Shown: positions 10,202 to 20,313, numbered from the stretch's first letter. The stretch: DNA of 64,000 bases from an uncultured virus (IMG/VR IMGVR_UViG_3300022555_000042) (IMGVR_UViG_3300022555_000042), one strand, 5' to 3'. Program-made: numbers and translations. Notes: generated by a model from the sequence alone, not told the origin.

Positions 10202-11017
10202 ATGCTAAAATTGAGTGATCGTGAAGTGTGCGATTTATATAAAGCCGGGCTATCACAGCAGAAGATAGCCGGATTGGCCGGATGCTGTCAAAAGTGGGTG
10301 TCTAAAATTATGAAAAAATCTGGCCAGCCCGTGAGGGTGCCAGAGAGAGACTGGTCGTTTGTCAATCTGGAAGACCAGTTTTTCTTTTATTGGCTTGGCT
10401 GGATGTTATCGGATGGTTGCATTGCGTACAAGAAGACTGGCGATCGTCTGCGAGGGGTTGTTTGTAAGATTGCCATACAAGCTGCCGACTCAGTTGTGTT
10501 GGAATTGTTTAAAAATAGGATACAGCCTCAGGCCAAAATCTACTTGAATAAACCAAGAGCTGGACACAAGCAGCAAAAAATATTGTCATTGAGCGTGCCC
10601 AGGAATGTGGCGATGGCGCTGGTCAAATGGGGGCTTGTTCCGGCCAAATCATTTATATTGAATCCCCCACTAGATAGAATGAGTCAACGCCAGTTTTATC
10701 AATTTTTATGTGGATATATAGAAGGCGATGGCGGCGTTGACTATAGGATAATGAAATCTAGAATGAATTTCTATGGGATGCTGCGTATCCGTATTTTCTC
10801 AGCCTCGACCAAGTTTATATCGCAGCTTAATGCTAAAATGATATCTCTTGGCTTTAAGAATAGAAAATGGCACACAAAACAGACCAAGAATGGTATGTTA
10901 CATACATATTCGGTAAATGGCAAAGATGCCTTTAAGCTGTACAATAAGATTAAGTCAAATTCACAATATATGTCCCTTGATCGCAAGTGGAGTAAGTGTA
11001 ATGCCCAGAAAAGTTAA
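10202..11017 (+). CDS. LAGLIDADG homing endonuclease with N-terminal HTH
   Basis: YWLGWMLSDGCI and FLCGYIEGDGGV; Lys-rich, AT-rich. Confidence 0.88.
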   Translation: MLKLSDREVCDLYKAGLSQQKIAGLAGCCQKWVSKIMKKSGQPVRVPERDWSFVNLEDQFFFYWLGWMLSDGCIAYKKTGDRLRGVVCKIAIQAADSVVLELFKNRIQPQAKIYLNKPRAGHKQQKILSLSVPRNVAMALVKWGLVPAKSFILNPPLDRMSQRQFYQFLCGYIEGDGGVDYRIMKSRMNFYGMLRIRIFSASTKFISQLNAKMISLGFKNRKWHTKQTKNGMLHTYSVNGKDAFKLYNKIKSNSQYMSLDRKWSKCNAQKS

Positions 11018-11501
11018 AATACTTATTGTTGGCTACACTCAGGCGGGCAAGTCCACCTCTGCGGAGATTCTGTCTGACTATCTGCGAGTGAGCTACGCGA
11101 ACAGCTCCGACGCCATCGTGGAGCAATACGCTCTAGCTGCGGGATTAACCCCCGCGCACATCCGGGCCAATAAGAGTGAATATCGTTCGGAGCTGTTTAA
11201 TTTTGGGCGAGCCAAGCAGGCTGTGGATGCTTTTTGGCCCCAGAGCGACTTGTTGAAGACTGCACACATTATCGCGGGCCTCCGCAATCCTGACGAAGTT
11301 CAGGCAGCGCGGGACCACAAGGCCTATGACGCGATTCTGTGGATCAGCCGTCCCGGCTGTGTGAAAGGCCCCACGGATAAGTTGGACCCGAGTTGTGCCG
11401 ATGTCCAGGTTGAGAATGACGGGGCTATTAGCGACTTGCGAGGTAAATTAATAGCAATAGTGCAAGGACTGCAGCAGCTCCCAGAACTGCGAGCCAGTTG
11501 A
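11001..11501 (+). CDS. dNMP kinase-like P-loop protein
   Basis: GYTQAGKST Walker A, YRSELFNFG, IAGLRNPDE. Confidence 0.7.
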   Translation: MPRKVKILIVGYTQAGKSTSAEILSDYLRVSYANSSDAIVEQYALAAGLTPAHIRANKSEYRSELFNFGRAKQAVDAFWPQSDLLKTAHIIAGLRNPDEVQAARDHKAYDAILWISRPGCVKGPTDKLDPSCADVQVENDGAISDLRGKLIAIVQGLQQLPELRAS

Positions 11502-11757
11502 TTTCCAGCCGCGTGGGGGGTTGGGGTAGAGGGGGAGGTTTAGGCAAGTGCGCGTGCAATTTCCGTAGTTGGGCTTCGGCCTGGCGGAGTCTTTGGTATT
11601 CGGGGTATTCAACTACGGTAACGAGTTTTGGGACTAAATTCTTTTTGGCTAACTCAATGATGACTAGTTCAAACCGGTCGCACTCCATGACTCCGTCATG
11701 GTATTTGAGATCAAAGTCGAGTGCTTGCCATTTAAAATAAGCCATTAAGAAACTCAA
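11428..11757 (-). CDS. hypothetical protein with C-terminal membrane segment
   Basis: Pro-rich linker then hydrophobic tail; start uncertain. Confidence 0.5.
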   Translation of the reverse strand: MSFLMAYFKWQALDFDLKYHDGVMECDRFELVIIELAKKNLVPKLVTVVEYPEYQRLRQAEAQLRKLHAHLPKPPPLPQPPTRLEINWLAVLGAAAVLALLLLIYLASR

Positions 11758-11769
11758 ATACGGTGGTAA

Positions 11770-12252
11770 ATGTTTGGATTTTCACACAAGAAGCAAGCTC
11801 CGGTAGCTATTTTCCGCAGGCATCATGTCATATTTCAATATAAACTAATTCATTCCGACGCCAAAGTTCCGACCCAATCGCGTGATACCGACGCCGCCTA
11901 TGATGTGTATACCATCGATGCGGCCCTCATTGAGCCCGGCACCATGGTAAATTTACACACTGGTATCAGGCTGGCTTGTCCCGATGGCTGGTATTATACC
12001 ACAGAAGGTCGCTCCGGGCTTAATTCCAAATTTATAACTCCATTGCGCGGGGTTATCGATGCGTCGTTCAATGGAGAACTGCGGATCATCCTTTGCAATT
12101 TTTCTAAGGTACCATATCAAGTATCTAAAGGCGATCGGGTCGCCCAAATCATCGCACATGAGATGAATAAAGTTACGTTCAAACAGGTTGAGGAATTTAG
12201 CCCGGAGTATGATATGCGCGGGATTAAAGGCTGGGGATCAACCGGAAAGTGA
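11770..12252 (+). CDS. dut: trimeric dUTPase
   Basis: All five motifs: AAYDV, GRSGL, GVIDASFNGE, RVAQII, RGxxGWGSTG. Confidence 0.93.
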   Translation: MFGFSHKKQAPVAIFRRHHVIFQYKLIHSDAKVPTQSRDTDAAYDVYTIDAALIEPGTMVNLHTGIRLACPDGWYYTTEGRSGLNSKFITPLRGVIDASFNGELRIILCNFSKVPYQVSKGDRVAQIIAHEMNKVTFKQVEEFSPEYDMRGIKGWGSTGK

Positions 12253-12257
12253 GTATC

Positions 12258-12545
12258 ATGAGTAAGAACAGATATGTTGTTGTCTATGCCAAAGTGACGG
12301 ACAACAAGGAGAGCGGGGCACTAATGAGCGGTGTTTATTTCGGAGGCGTAGCTTCAACTGTCGAGGAAGCTGACAAAATCGCTGAACGCTGTGTGGCCGA
12401 GACCCAGGGCGGCCTGGTTATTCCCAAGGTTGCCAAGATGCATACCGATGACTTGCTCGAAGTAATTAAGGTTATTGAGGGTCGTTTCGACGAGCTGGCC
12501 AAGCAGATGTATGAGAATGAGCGGATCGCCAGCCGGCGGCGCTAA
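12258..12545 (+). CDS. hypothetical protein
   Basis: ORF following dut. Confidence 0.6.
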   Translation: MSKNRYVVVYAKVTDNKESGALMSGVYFGGVASTVEEADKIAERCVAETQGGLVIPKVAKMHTDDLLEVIKVIEGRFDELAKQMYENERIASRRR

Positions 12546-13462
12546 TCTGGCTGGGCTAGCCTGTTTCTAGAATTATATCCCCCAAACTCCTTTCGGAAGA
12601 AACAGGCTCTCCGAATGTTGCTTTTGGTTTTCGATTCGACCAGCTTCTGCTGGGCTGCGCTAAGTGGAATGAAAGACTTGGCGATGGCAACATTCTCTTC
12701 TAGTTGGGCAACTGAGCCCATCCCTACGATTACTGTAGAGACCGGCTGTGACAGTGAGTAAGTCAGAGCCTCCCATACCGTCCGGAGCCCATCTCGCTTT
12801 TTATCGAAGATGAACCCTTGGGCGAAGACCTTCATGCCGATTACGCCTAAGTTATGCTTCTGAGCCGTGCCCTTGGCGACCACGGCGATAAATGATGGAT
12901 TCATATTAGCATCGGCGGCGTTGATGGGGCACAGAACCGTATCGAAGCTGTGCCGTTTGGCCATCTCTGCCAGTACCTTAGGGTCTTCGTGGCCGGTGAA
13001 CCCAAGATGTTTTACTACTTTTTGCTCCTGCATCTCTATTAAGGCTTGTAGCGCTCCGTCCTTGCCAGTAACCTCGGAGATCTCATCCATCGCCCTGAGA
13101 TGGTGAATCTGCCATAGGTCCAAGTGGTCGGTCTTGAGCTTCTTGAGTGATTTTTCGAGAAGTTTTAGAGAGCCGTCGCGGGTGCGCTCGTCTGTTTTAC
13201 AAGCCAGAAAGATCTTACTCCGAATTCCTTGGAGAGCCTCACCATAATAGGATTCAGAGGGGCCATATGCGGGGGCGGTGTCAAAGTATCTAAGTCCAAG
13301 CTCATAGGCTCGGCGGATAATTTTGACGCAGTTGTCCATGTTGCCGTGGGTTTCGAGGGAGCCTTGCCCACCAAGGCTGAGGATGGGGACTTTAAAGCCA
13401 GTTGCGCCCAACCGGCGTGTGGCTAGTTTGCCTTTGGCTTCATGGAGGGTTTCTAGATTCAT
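12542..13462 (-). CDS. aldo/keto reductase
   Basis: RRLGATG, YFDTAPAYGPSE, LACK, LKTDHLDLWQIHH, GMKVF. Confidence 0.93.
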   Translation of the reverse strand: MNLETLHEAKGKLATRRLGATGFKVPILSLGGQGSLETHGNMDNCVKIIRRAYELGLRYFDTAPAYGPSESYYGEALQGIRSKIFLACKTDERTRDGSLKLLEKSLKKLKTDHLDLWQIHHLRAMDEISEVTGKDGALQALIEMQEQKVVKHLGFTGHEDPKVLAEMAKRHSFDTVLCPINAADANMNPSFIAVVAKGTAQKHNLGVIGMKVFAQGFIFDKKRDGLRTVWEALTYSLSQPVSTVIVGMGSVAQLEENVAIAKSFIPLSAAQQKLVESKTKSNIRRACFFRKEFGGYNSRNRLAQPD

Positions 13463-15795
13463 TAGCTAAGCTCAAGCTGGCCTAGGCTATACTGCGAGAA
13501 CTGGAAGAGCTTGGAGCGAACCACAACTCTCCGAACTCTCGACCCAGGCCAGAGCCGCAAGCCAAACTTCCCATATTTAACCACATCAGTGATCTCAAAG
13601 AATGGGTTGCCGCTGGCAGTTGGCACCAGCAGATTATTCCACCACATCCAGACTTGGTTTTCGATGACCATAACCCGGAGTGTGTTGTAATACTCAACGC
13701 CACTTACGATGCCACCATTGAGAATATAGAAGCCTTCGGTGCTCGTGACAGCCCCAGCACTTGAAGTTTCTGGGCTGCCGTCCTGCCAATAGGTTGGGCC
13801 AGCCTCATAAGAGCTGAAATCCCGAATATAGTTGGCCCCCGATTCACTGCCATAGTCCACTGCCATATCCAGGGTGCCTACCAGCGGTGTGACTTCGATA
13901 TCATGCCCATCAGTGTTGTGCAAGAATTGCAGTCTGACTGCGGGGGTGGTGTATTCCTCATGGAGGATTTCGACCTGCGATCCGGCGTTGGGCGTGGTTT
14001 CAGTGGTAACCAGGTAAATCGAATCGCCAGTGAAATTCATAACCTTCGCGATGTAGGACATGGTCTGCCCATAGGTGTAAGATCCATTATGGTTGGTGAC
14101 CTTGATCATGCCGCGTGGTGGGTAGTCATTCCAAGTTGGGCCGACCAGTTTGACGTAGCCGTACCCAGCATATACGCCACTAGCGAAGGTCCCTTTGGCA
14201 GTTATTAGGGCATACCTGCTATCCACTGTGGATACCGGTGCTCGGAGCAGCACATCAACTGGGGGATAGATTAACCCAGAAGTTGGCACGATGGGGCGTG
14301 CCATGTAGATGTCAATGAGGGCATTGCGGAGGCTGGCCCGGTGCCAGATGAAAACAGGTCTCTGGGCATTGATGGCGGAGATATCGATGTCATCGTCGAC
14401 GATCTCCAGATACTTACGCTCGACCGCTCCCGTAGTGTGGACTACGGTTGAGGTGTAGTTGGCTTGGCCGGTGAGTGGGACCAGATTGTCGGAGCCATCC
14501 ACGCCTAGCAAGGGGTCATAAAGGTTAGTCACGCCCCATTGGGATGGGTCGATGATCGGAACGTCATTGTGCTCCGGCTCGCCAGCGGTGTCTCCGCTTT
14601 CTTGCGTGCCGTTGTTCAGTTCATCTCCAAATTCGATCGCCCCCATGGTTGTCCAGAGTCCGTTGACGTCCATGGCCGGCTTTTCCATGCAGTAGTAGCA
14701 TGGGGAGGAGCCGCACTGAACCATCCAGACATCCACGAATTGCCCGACGTTTAGGATGGATCCTAGTACACCATCGGTCACCATAACGTTATTGGTTAGG
14801 TCCCACTGCTGCAGATTGGTGATGGAAATCTCAGCCCCGACGGAAGCCTGACTGGTTAAGCTCCAGAATTTCGCCTTATATTTGTTGGTGGCGAGGACAT
14901 CCGACGAGTAACCAATAATTACAGCCATCTGTTTGGTGATGGAGTTATTCTTGTAGAGCAGAGCGCCGAACAACCCAGGAGCTGAATTGGGGCTGAACTT
15001 GAAGTCAATCCGGTTCCCGGAAGTGTCTGTGCCCAAATACCAGAGGCACTCAGCAGTACCAGTTGCACCGGGGGTAAAGGCCCATCCAACTGTGGCTGCT
15101 CCAGCAGTGTTACGCTGCAGGACGATATCAAGTTCGCCCTCATTGGTGCCAGTTCCGTCGTCATATCTCTTGAAAATTAGGGTGGGGTATTGGCCTTTGG
15201 CCGCCAGGGTGTCGGTGGTTGAGTTGGGGTTGATTACGGTCGATTCTGGGAATAGATAAATCTTGAGTTCACCATAACCATTAACGCCAGGGAGGTGCCC
15301 ACCGCAGGAAGGCGGGCGGATAGCGTTGACGTCAGTTTCGTCTTGGATCCAATAGATCTGGAAACATTCTTCGGCGGTGCACACGAATGGGCTGGGGACG
15401 TCTACGACCCATCTGATGATATTTCCAACGCGCTCCAAGCTGATGAAATCGCTGCCGGCTGAGAAGATGATATCGCCGGTCATCCAGCCGCCGTCATCTG
15501 GGAATCCAGCTCCCTGGAACCCTAGAACACCGATCCTAGTGCCGGTAATGGCGTCCAGCTTGCATTTATCGTTGGCGGACATAAGCCCTGGGGTATTGCA
15601 AGATGCGGCTGGGACTGGGTCCTGTGCTATGTGGGTACTTCCGTGCTTAGCAGTGGCCCCAAGCACCCCATCACGGATATAGAAAGTGCGCTGGGTCTGG
15701 TCATATTGGTACGCGAGGGCGGTATTATCTGGGCCGGTGAGCTGTACCAGTTGTCCATCGATGTAACTGGTGTGGGGCTGCAACTTATTGCTCAT
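13462..15795 (-). CDS. putative virion structural protein
   Basis: Long T/G/S-rich ORF with PGLMSANDKCKLD motif similar to 6573; GGAG RBS. Confidence 0.65.
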   Translation of the reverse strand: MSNKLQPHTSYIDGQLVQLTGPDNTALAYQYDQTQRTFYIRDGVLGATAKHGSTHIAQDPVPAASCNTPGLMSANDKCKLDAITGTRIGVLGFQGAGFPDDGGWMTGDIIFSAGSDFISLERVGNIIRWVVDVPSPFVCTAEECFQIYWIQDETDVNAIRPPSCGGHLPGVNGYGELKIYLFPESTVINPNSTTDTLAAKGQYPTLIFKRYDDGTGTNEGELDIVLQRNTAGAATVGWAFTPGATGTAECLWYLGTDTSGNRIDFKFSPNSAPGLFGALLYKNNSITKQMAVIIGYSSDVLATNKYKAKFWSLTSQASVGAEISITNLQQWDLTNNVMVTDGVLGSILNVGQFVDVWMVQCGSSPCYYCMEKPAMDVNGLWTTMGAIEFGDELNNGTQESGDTAGEPEHNDVPIIDPSQWGVTNLYDPLLGVDGSDNLVPLTGQANYTSTVVHTTGAVERKYLEIVDDDIDISAINAQRPVFIWHRASLRNALIDIYMARPIVPTSGLIYPPVDVLLRAPVSTVDSRYALITAKGTFASGVYAGYGYVKLVGPTWNDYPPRGMIKVTNHNGSYTYGQTMSYIAKVMNFTGDSIYLVTTETTPNAGSQVEILHEEYTTPAVRLQFLHNTDGHDIEVTPLVGTLDMAVDYGSESGANYIRDFSSYEAGPTYWQDGSPETSSAGAVTSTEGFYILNGGIVSGVEYYNTLRVMVIENQVWMWWNNLLVPTASGNPFFEITDVVKYGKFGLRLWPGSRVRRVVVRSKLFQFSQYSLGQLELS

Positions 15796-15808
15796 ATGGG
15801 TTCTCCGA

Positions 15809-16978
15809 TTATATGGTATATGGCTCACCATTAGATTGGTTTCTCGCTTCCACGAGATGCGTCTTCGCGTCTCTCTGCGAGCGTAAATTCCGGTCAGCCC
15901 GACCGTATACTAATATATTTGATGCAGCATTTACATCGCGGTCGTGAACTACACAGCATTCGTTGCACCGCCACGACCGATCGGATAACTGTAAGCCGCG
16001 GTTTATTTCACCGCATTTACTACATGTCTTACTAGATGGGAAAAATCTGTCTATCTTAAACACGTCGCAGCCATACCACAACCCTTTATAGGACAGCTGC
16101 TTAACAAATTCACTCCATCCAGCATCGCCAACTTGTCTTCCAAAGCGCTGCTTCATTCCCTCAATGTTCAAGTCTTCGACATAGATGGCTTGGTTTTCAC
16201 CAACCAGTCTCCGGCTTAATTTATGAAGAAAATCGCTTCGGATATTGGTGATTCTCTCGTGCTGTAGCGCCAGCCTATGTTTTGCTTTGCTCCTCCTCTT
16301 TGATCCTAATTTTTTATGTGATAGCAGCCTATTTAGACGCCGCAATCTGCGAAGCTTCTTTGCCAATGGCCTTGGGTGCTCTACTTTGATTCCATCAGAT
16401 GTAGTGATAAAATGTTTTAACCCAAAATCTAATCCGATCATTGGCTTTGTTTTGTCGGCAATCGGATCTGCGATTTCCATCTCATAATTAATTGAGGCAA
16501 AGTATTTGCCCGTGGTGGTTTTTGATATGGTAATTGACCATAATTTATATTGCACTGGTAATTTAACTTCACATTTCAATATCCCAATAATTGGGATGGC
16601 CACCCCATCGTTACCGGCTCGGCAGAATGGTGCGCTTATCCTGAATGACTGTCTTCCGCGTTTCTTTTTAAATTTGGGGTACGACGATTTCTTCTTATAG
16701 AAATTATTATATGCTGCATCCAAATTAGCGATTGAATTTGCGGCGCATTGCCTGCCCACATCGCATAACCAACCCGTCTCTGGCTTCTTCTTTAATTTGG
16801 TAAGGCCGTGGCACATCATCACAAATGAGTCTGATTTTTTGTTGATTTTATATTGTTCTGTCTTATGGTGTAGGAAGTGATTGTAGATCCATCGTGCGGC
16901 ACCAAAATGTTGTGCTAATTGCCCGCGCTGCTCGGTGGTTGGGTAGATTCTGGCTTTATGTGCTTTATTAATTTTCAC
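15809..16978 (-). mobile_element. tnpB: stand-alone TnpB RNA-guided endonuclease (IS200/IS605 family), no tnpA nearby
   Basis: N-terminal HTH (KARIYPT..FGAARWIYN), RuvC GLDFG / VEDL / DRDVNAA, CxxC-CxxC zinc finger. Confidence 0.92.
15810..15905 (-). ncRNA. putative omegaRNA scaffold overlapping the tnpB 3' end
   Basis: Nested hairpin 15843-15881 at the position where TnpB guide-RNA scaffolds normally lie; boundaries approximate. Confidence 0.45.
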
Positions 16979-17070
16979 ACATTATATTTGACTGGCAAAT
17001 AAAAATTGCGCATTCTTATTTTAAGGCTTTTACTAACCATGTAATACGTATGGCTTGGTATATTTGCGGC

Positions 17071-17997
17071 CTACGAGTAGATGAGGGCATAATGCTTCTT
17101 TCCTGGGGTCCCTCGGATTTCCACGATTTTTGTGGGCGTGGCCAACTCTAGGGCCTGGGGCAGTTTCTTCTCGTTCATGATTGCCAGCATGCGTGTGCTC
17201 TTCTCACGTAGCTCCTTAAGTGCCCCAATCCGCCAGTATTTATAGGCACTGGCGAAGACCGTTAAGTCATATGGCTCGGTAGCCTGGCATTGGATTAGTC
17301 CGATGCGGCTAGCCATCTCACTGGGTGGACCCGATCCATCTAGGGTTGCATATTTGCAGCCGCACATGGTTGCAGTGACTGCTTTCTCGTATAGGTTTGG
17401 AAGAGCATCTACTAGAACAGTATTCTTATCGATGGCGAAGTGCCTAGTTAGGATTCCATAGAGGGCGACGGGGCTGAGCCATTTTGGGCCGAATCCCATG
17501 CGAAAGAACATGGAGTGGATAGTGGATAGGTTTAGATCCCATTTGGTTCTATGGATAACACGATGTATAGCCAAGAAGAGGGCGCGGTGTGATCCGAAGG
17601 CCGACTCCATGGAGTATTTCCACCCGAGCGGCTGCATTTCTCGGATGTCGCAATAGCGATCCAGGAAGGCACGGAAAGGTCGGTGTGGTAGGCCGTATTT
17701 GCTATACATGCAGATGGTTGGCGGGAATTTGACTCGTTTGTGGCACACCAGCTCTTGATCGATTTCCTTTTCGGCTACGGGAGGCTTCATGAAGCCGCAT
17801 GGCATAAGGGTTCTTAATAGATATTGGATCAATAACTCTTTTTGCATGAAACTGAGCGTGTCGATTAAGCGGCGTGGAATATGGGGGTACATGTATTTGT
17901 CGAAGAAGGAGTCAAAGGGGTCGTGCTGGACTTGGCAGCCGATTGGGATTGGCCATTTGCATGTGGCCATTTCTGGTGAGATGTCGATTCGGTACAT
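17071..17997 (-). CDS. hypothetical protein, weak resemblance to a degenerate SAM-dependent methyltransferase
   Basis: LSPVALYGIL..VLVDALPNLYEK..GCKYATLD loosely parallels F.P..AK.IY..VLDP..GWGGR..Y.G.D. Confidence 0.5.
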   Translation of the reverse strand: MYRIDISPEMATCKWPIPIGCQVQHDPFDSFFDKYMYPHIPRRLIDTLSFMQKELLIQYLLRTLMPCGFMKPPVAEKEIDQELVCHKRVKFPPTICMYSKYGLPHRPFRAFLDRYCDIREMQPLGWKYSMESAFGSHRALFLAIHRVIHRTKWDLNLSTIHSMFFRMGFGPKWLSPVALYGILTRHFAIDKNTVLVDALPNLYEKAVTATMCGCKYATLDGSGPPSEMASRIGLIQCQATEPYDLTVFASAYKYWRIGALKELREKSTRMLAIMNEKKLPQALELATPTKIVEIRGTPGKKHYALIYS

Positions 17998-18159
17998 GTA
18001 TCTCTTGCGTGGTGGGCGATATAGGTAGGATCTTCTAAATCCAGTAGTATACCATACCCGGATAGCGTCGTAGCGTACGTCGATTTTTTCGACTAGTTCG
18101 CATCGAAGCAGGTCGTTGGCCAGTCTTCTGACCCAGTATGGTCTAGTTCCGTGTTCCAG

Positions 18160-18606
18160 TTAGAGATCCTTTAGAAAGCCTGGGATTGGCCGAGCGGCGC
18201 GTAATGCCCTAGCCATGCGTATCAAGCGGCCCCGCGAGGCCCCGGTCAATTTGGCCAGTTGCCGCATTCCTACTTTGTTTTCAATCTGGGCAGGCAGCCA
18301 GGCCGGGTCTACGGCCCAGTTCGATGGCACGATGAGGTCTGGGAGAGGCTTTTTGGGTGGCTTGTAGTTGGGGGCGTGGGGTTTGACGCAGACCATTCCG
18401 CGGTATGATTCGTACATATACACGAAGGTGGCATATGACTTTCTCTTCCAGCGGCGGATAGTGATAGTGGCGACTTTGGCGACTTGGGCGTGCTCTTTGA
18501 CGGATAACTCTGGAAAAGATAGGAACCACTCTCGTAGGGAAGTGGAGTCAGCGGTGTTAACCGCCCCAAACTGCTGTTGAAGCCATGGTAATTCGTAGTC
18601 TTCCAT
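18160..18606 (-). CDS. HTH-containing protein, possibly the 5' part of a gene continuing to 17071
   Basis: SVKEHAQVAKVATITIRRW and GMRQLAKLTGAS; in frame with 17071..17997. Confidence 0.55.
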   Translation of the reverse strand: MEDYELPWLQQQFGAVNTADSTSLREWFLSFPELSVKEHAQVAKVATITIRRWKRKSYATFVYMYESYRGMVCVKPHAPNYKPPKKPLPDLIVPSNWAVDPAWLPAQIENKVGMRQLAKLTGASRGRLIRMARALRAARPIPGFLKDL

Positions 18607-18647
18607 CCAAAGAATATCTACAACAAAGATAACCAGTAGGAGTTAGT

Positions 18648-18962
18648 ATGAACTATAATACCCTCTCACTTGATGACTTTTTAATTTTGGATGAAGCTGA
18701 GTACCTTGCAATGCCACTTTCCGGCATCCCCTTTGCCCCACCCGCTTCAACCCCTACTCCGCGGCGTAGCATAGGCTGGAATCCTCACCGCATGGCCGAG
18801 CTAACGGGTGGGGCGATGATAGAAGTTTGGAATCATGAGCCTGACGCCCAGACCTTCCGCCAGGACTACTACTACAATTCTAGAACCAATCAGCTATTTA
18901 GGCGGATGAGTCGTGGATCTAAACCCAAGCAGCGTTATTGGGTAGCCTCACACAGCGATTGA
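18648..18962 (+). CDS. hypothetical protein
   Basis: AGGAG RBS. Confidence 0.6.
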   Translation: MNYNTLSLDDFLILDEAEYLAMPLSGIPFAPPASTPTPRRSIGWNPHRMAELTGGAMIEVWNHEPDAQTFRQDYYYNSRTNQLFRRMSRGSKPKQRYWVASHSD

Positions 18963-20062
18963 ACCAAGCCCCAATACTCATGCTCACGCATAATGGAAAG
19001 GCTGGCCGGCGTCGGCTCGATCCGTTTACTATTTTCATCGATCAAGACGCTGACGACGTCCGCGCAGAGCCAACCGGTATTGGCCAGGATCTCTTCAACA
19101 GAATCGGCCAGATCTACCACCATACGCCCCTCCATGGTGTTGTATGCGACGATAAGCTTACCGCCGTTCGCATAATCCAGAACCTTTCCTCTGAGTCTGG
19201 GCTGGTACTCTGTAAATTTCTGGGGATTGTGCCAATAGATATAGTTCTCGGTGCCATCCCAGATTAGGGCTTTGGGTTCAATCATAGCCTCGATGATTGG
19301 GCTGAGCCTGCTCAGAAAGCCCTCCCCGGCCTCGTAATCTAAAATCGATCTTTTTAGGTCGTCTGTGTCCGGCTCAATGTCGGGGCCTGGTTCTAGCTCC
19401 GACCCAGGCTCTGGTTTCTTGGGCAACGCTTCCTTCTCGCGGTTGCGGTCTTGTTTGGCTTTGAGGAGCTTGGCGATATTGATGATGGTATCCTGGGAAA
19501 GGCGGGTCAGGCCAGGTTCTTTGTCGGGGTCTTGGGGCGGCTCCCCCTTCTTCTGGGCCACCAGCTGAGTTACTTTGTGTAGAGCTGCCGCCTGTTCTGG
19601 CGGCATAGTCTCCGCGTCGGAGGGTTCGAACAGTTGCTTGGGCTTTTCATAATCTGGCGGAGTCGGCTCGATATCTCCTATCTCAACGCTGCGGATGAAA
19701 TTACTATCGTAGGAGCGGTAGGCCTTTTTGACTATGCTTGGCATAGCTAGTTTGAGAAGCTTGAAGCGGATGCGTGGGTCATTAGGGGTGGTGATGCGCG
19801 ACCAAAGACGCTTCACCATTGCGATTTCTTTTTCGTTCAGATAGTCGAGGTTCAGCCCGAAGGCCAGCTTGTTTCCAGTGTCTGGATGGACCCAGGGGCG
19901 GGTATCCAGTAGGAGGACGCGGGGAGTGCGATCGTGTTCTGCTCTGGCGTAATTGAAGTGAACGGCTCGTAACTCACTGAGTAGTTCACGCGGCCAGAGG
20001 GTCTCGGTGGCCGCGAGTGAGTCGGCATATTCGACATTGAGTAATTCTTCGAGGTGGATCAC
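18935..20062 (-). CDS. hypothetical protein
   Basis: 375-aa ORF coupled to the upstream gene. Confidence 0.75.
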   Translation of the reverse strand: MIHLEELLNVEYADSLAATETLWPRELLSELRAVHFNYARAEHDRTPRVLLLDTRPWVHPDTGNKLAFGLNLDYLNEKEIAMVKRLWSRITTPNDPRIRFKLLKLAMPSIVKKAYRSYDSNFIRSVEIGDIEPTPPDYEKPKQLFEPSDAETMPPEQAAALHKVTQLVAQKKGEPPQDPDKEPGLTRLSQDTIINIAKLLKAKQDRNREKEALPKKPEPGSELEPGPDIEPDTDDLKRSILDYEAGEGFLSRLSPIIEAMIEPKALIWDGTENYIYWHNPQKFTEYQPRLRGKVLDYANGGKLIVAYNTMEGRMVVDLADSVEEILANTGWLCADVVSVLIDENSKRIEPTPASLSIMREHEYWGLVQSLCEATQ

Positions 20063-20313
20063 TTGTAATCCGTCAGATCAAGGTTTTCGATAACATACGT
20101 ACCTTTATCTTCATGTTTGGGCTCGGCCTGTACTTCGCCGCCAGTGGTGATCTCAGGGACATCCAATTTTATCATGGACGGGGTGGTTGGCTTGTGCTCG
20201 ATAGGTTTGGCCTTCGGCTCAATGGTTTGTACCGGCTGGGCGGCTGGGACACGGTTGAACTTAGTGGGTCTCGGGATGTCGGTGAAGAGTGGCTTTTGAG
20301 CGATTTTCCTCAT
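20059..20313 (-). CDS. small Pro-rich hypothetical protein
   Basis: Start and stop overlap both neighbours. Confidence 0.6.
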   Translation of the reverse strand: MRKIAQKPLFTDIPRPTKFNRVPAAQPVQTIEPKAKPIEHKPTTPSMIKLDVPEITTGGEVQAEPKHEDKGTYVIENLDLTDYK

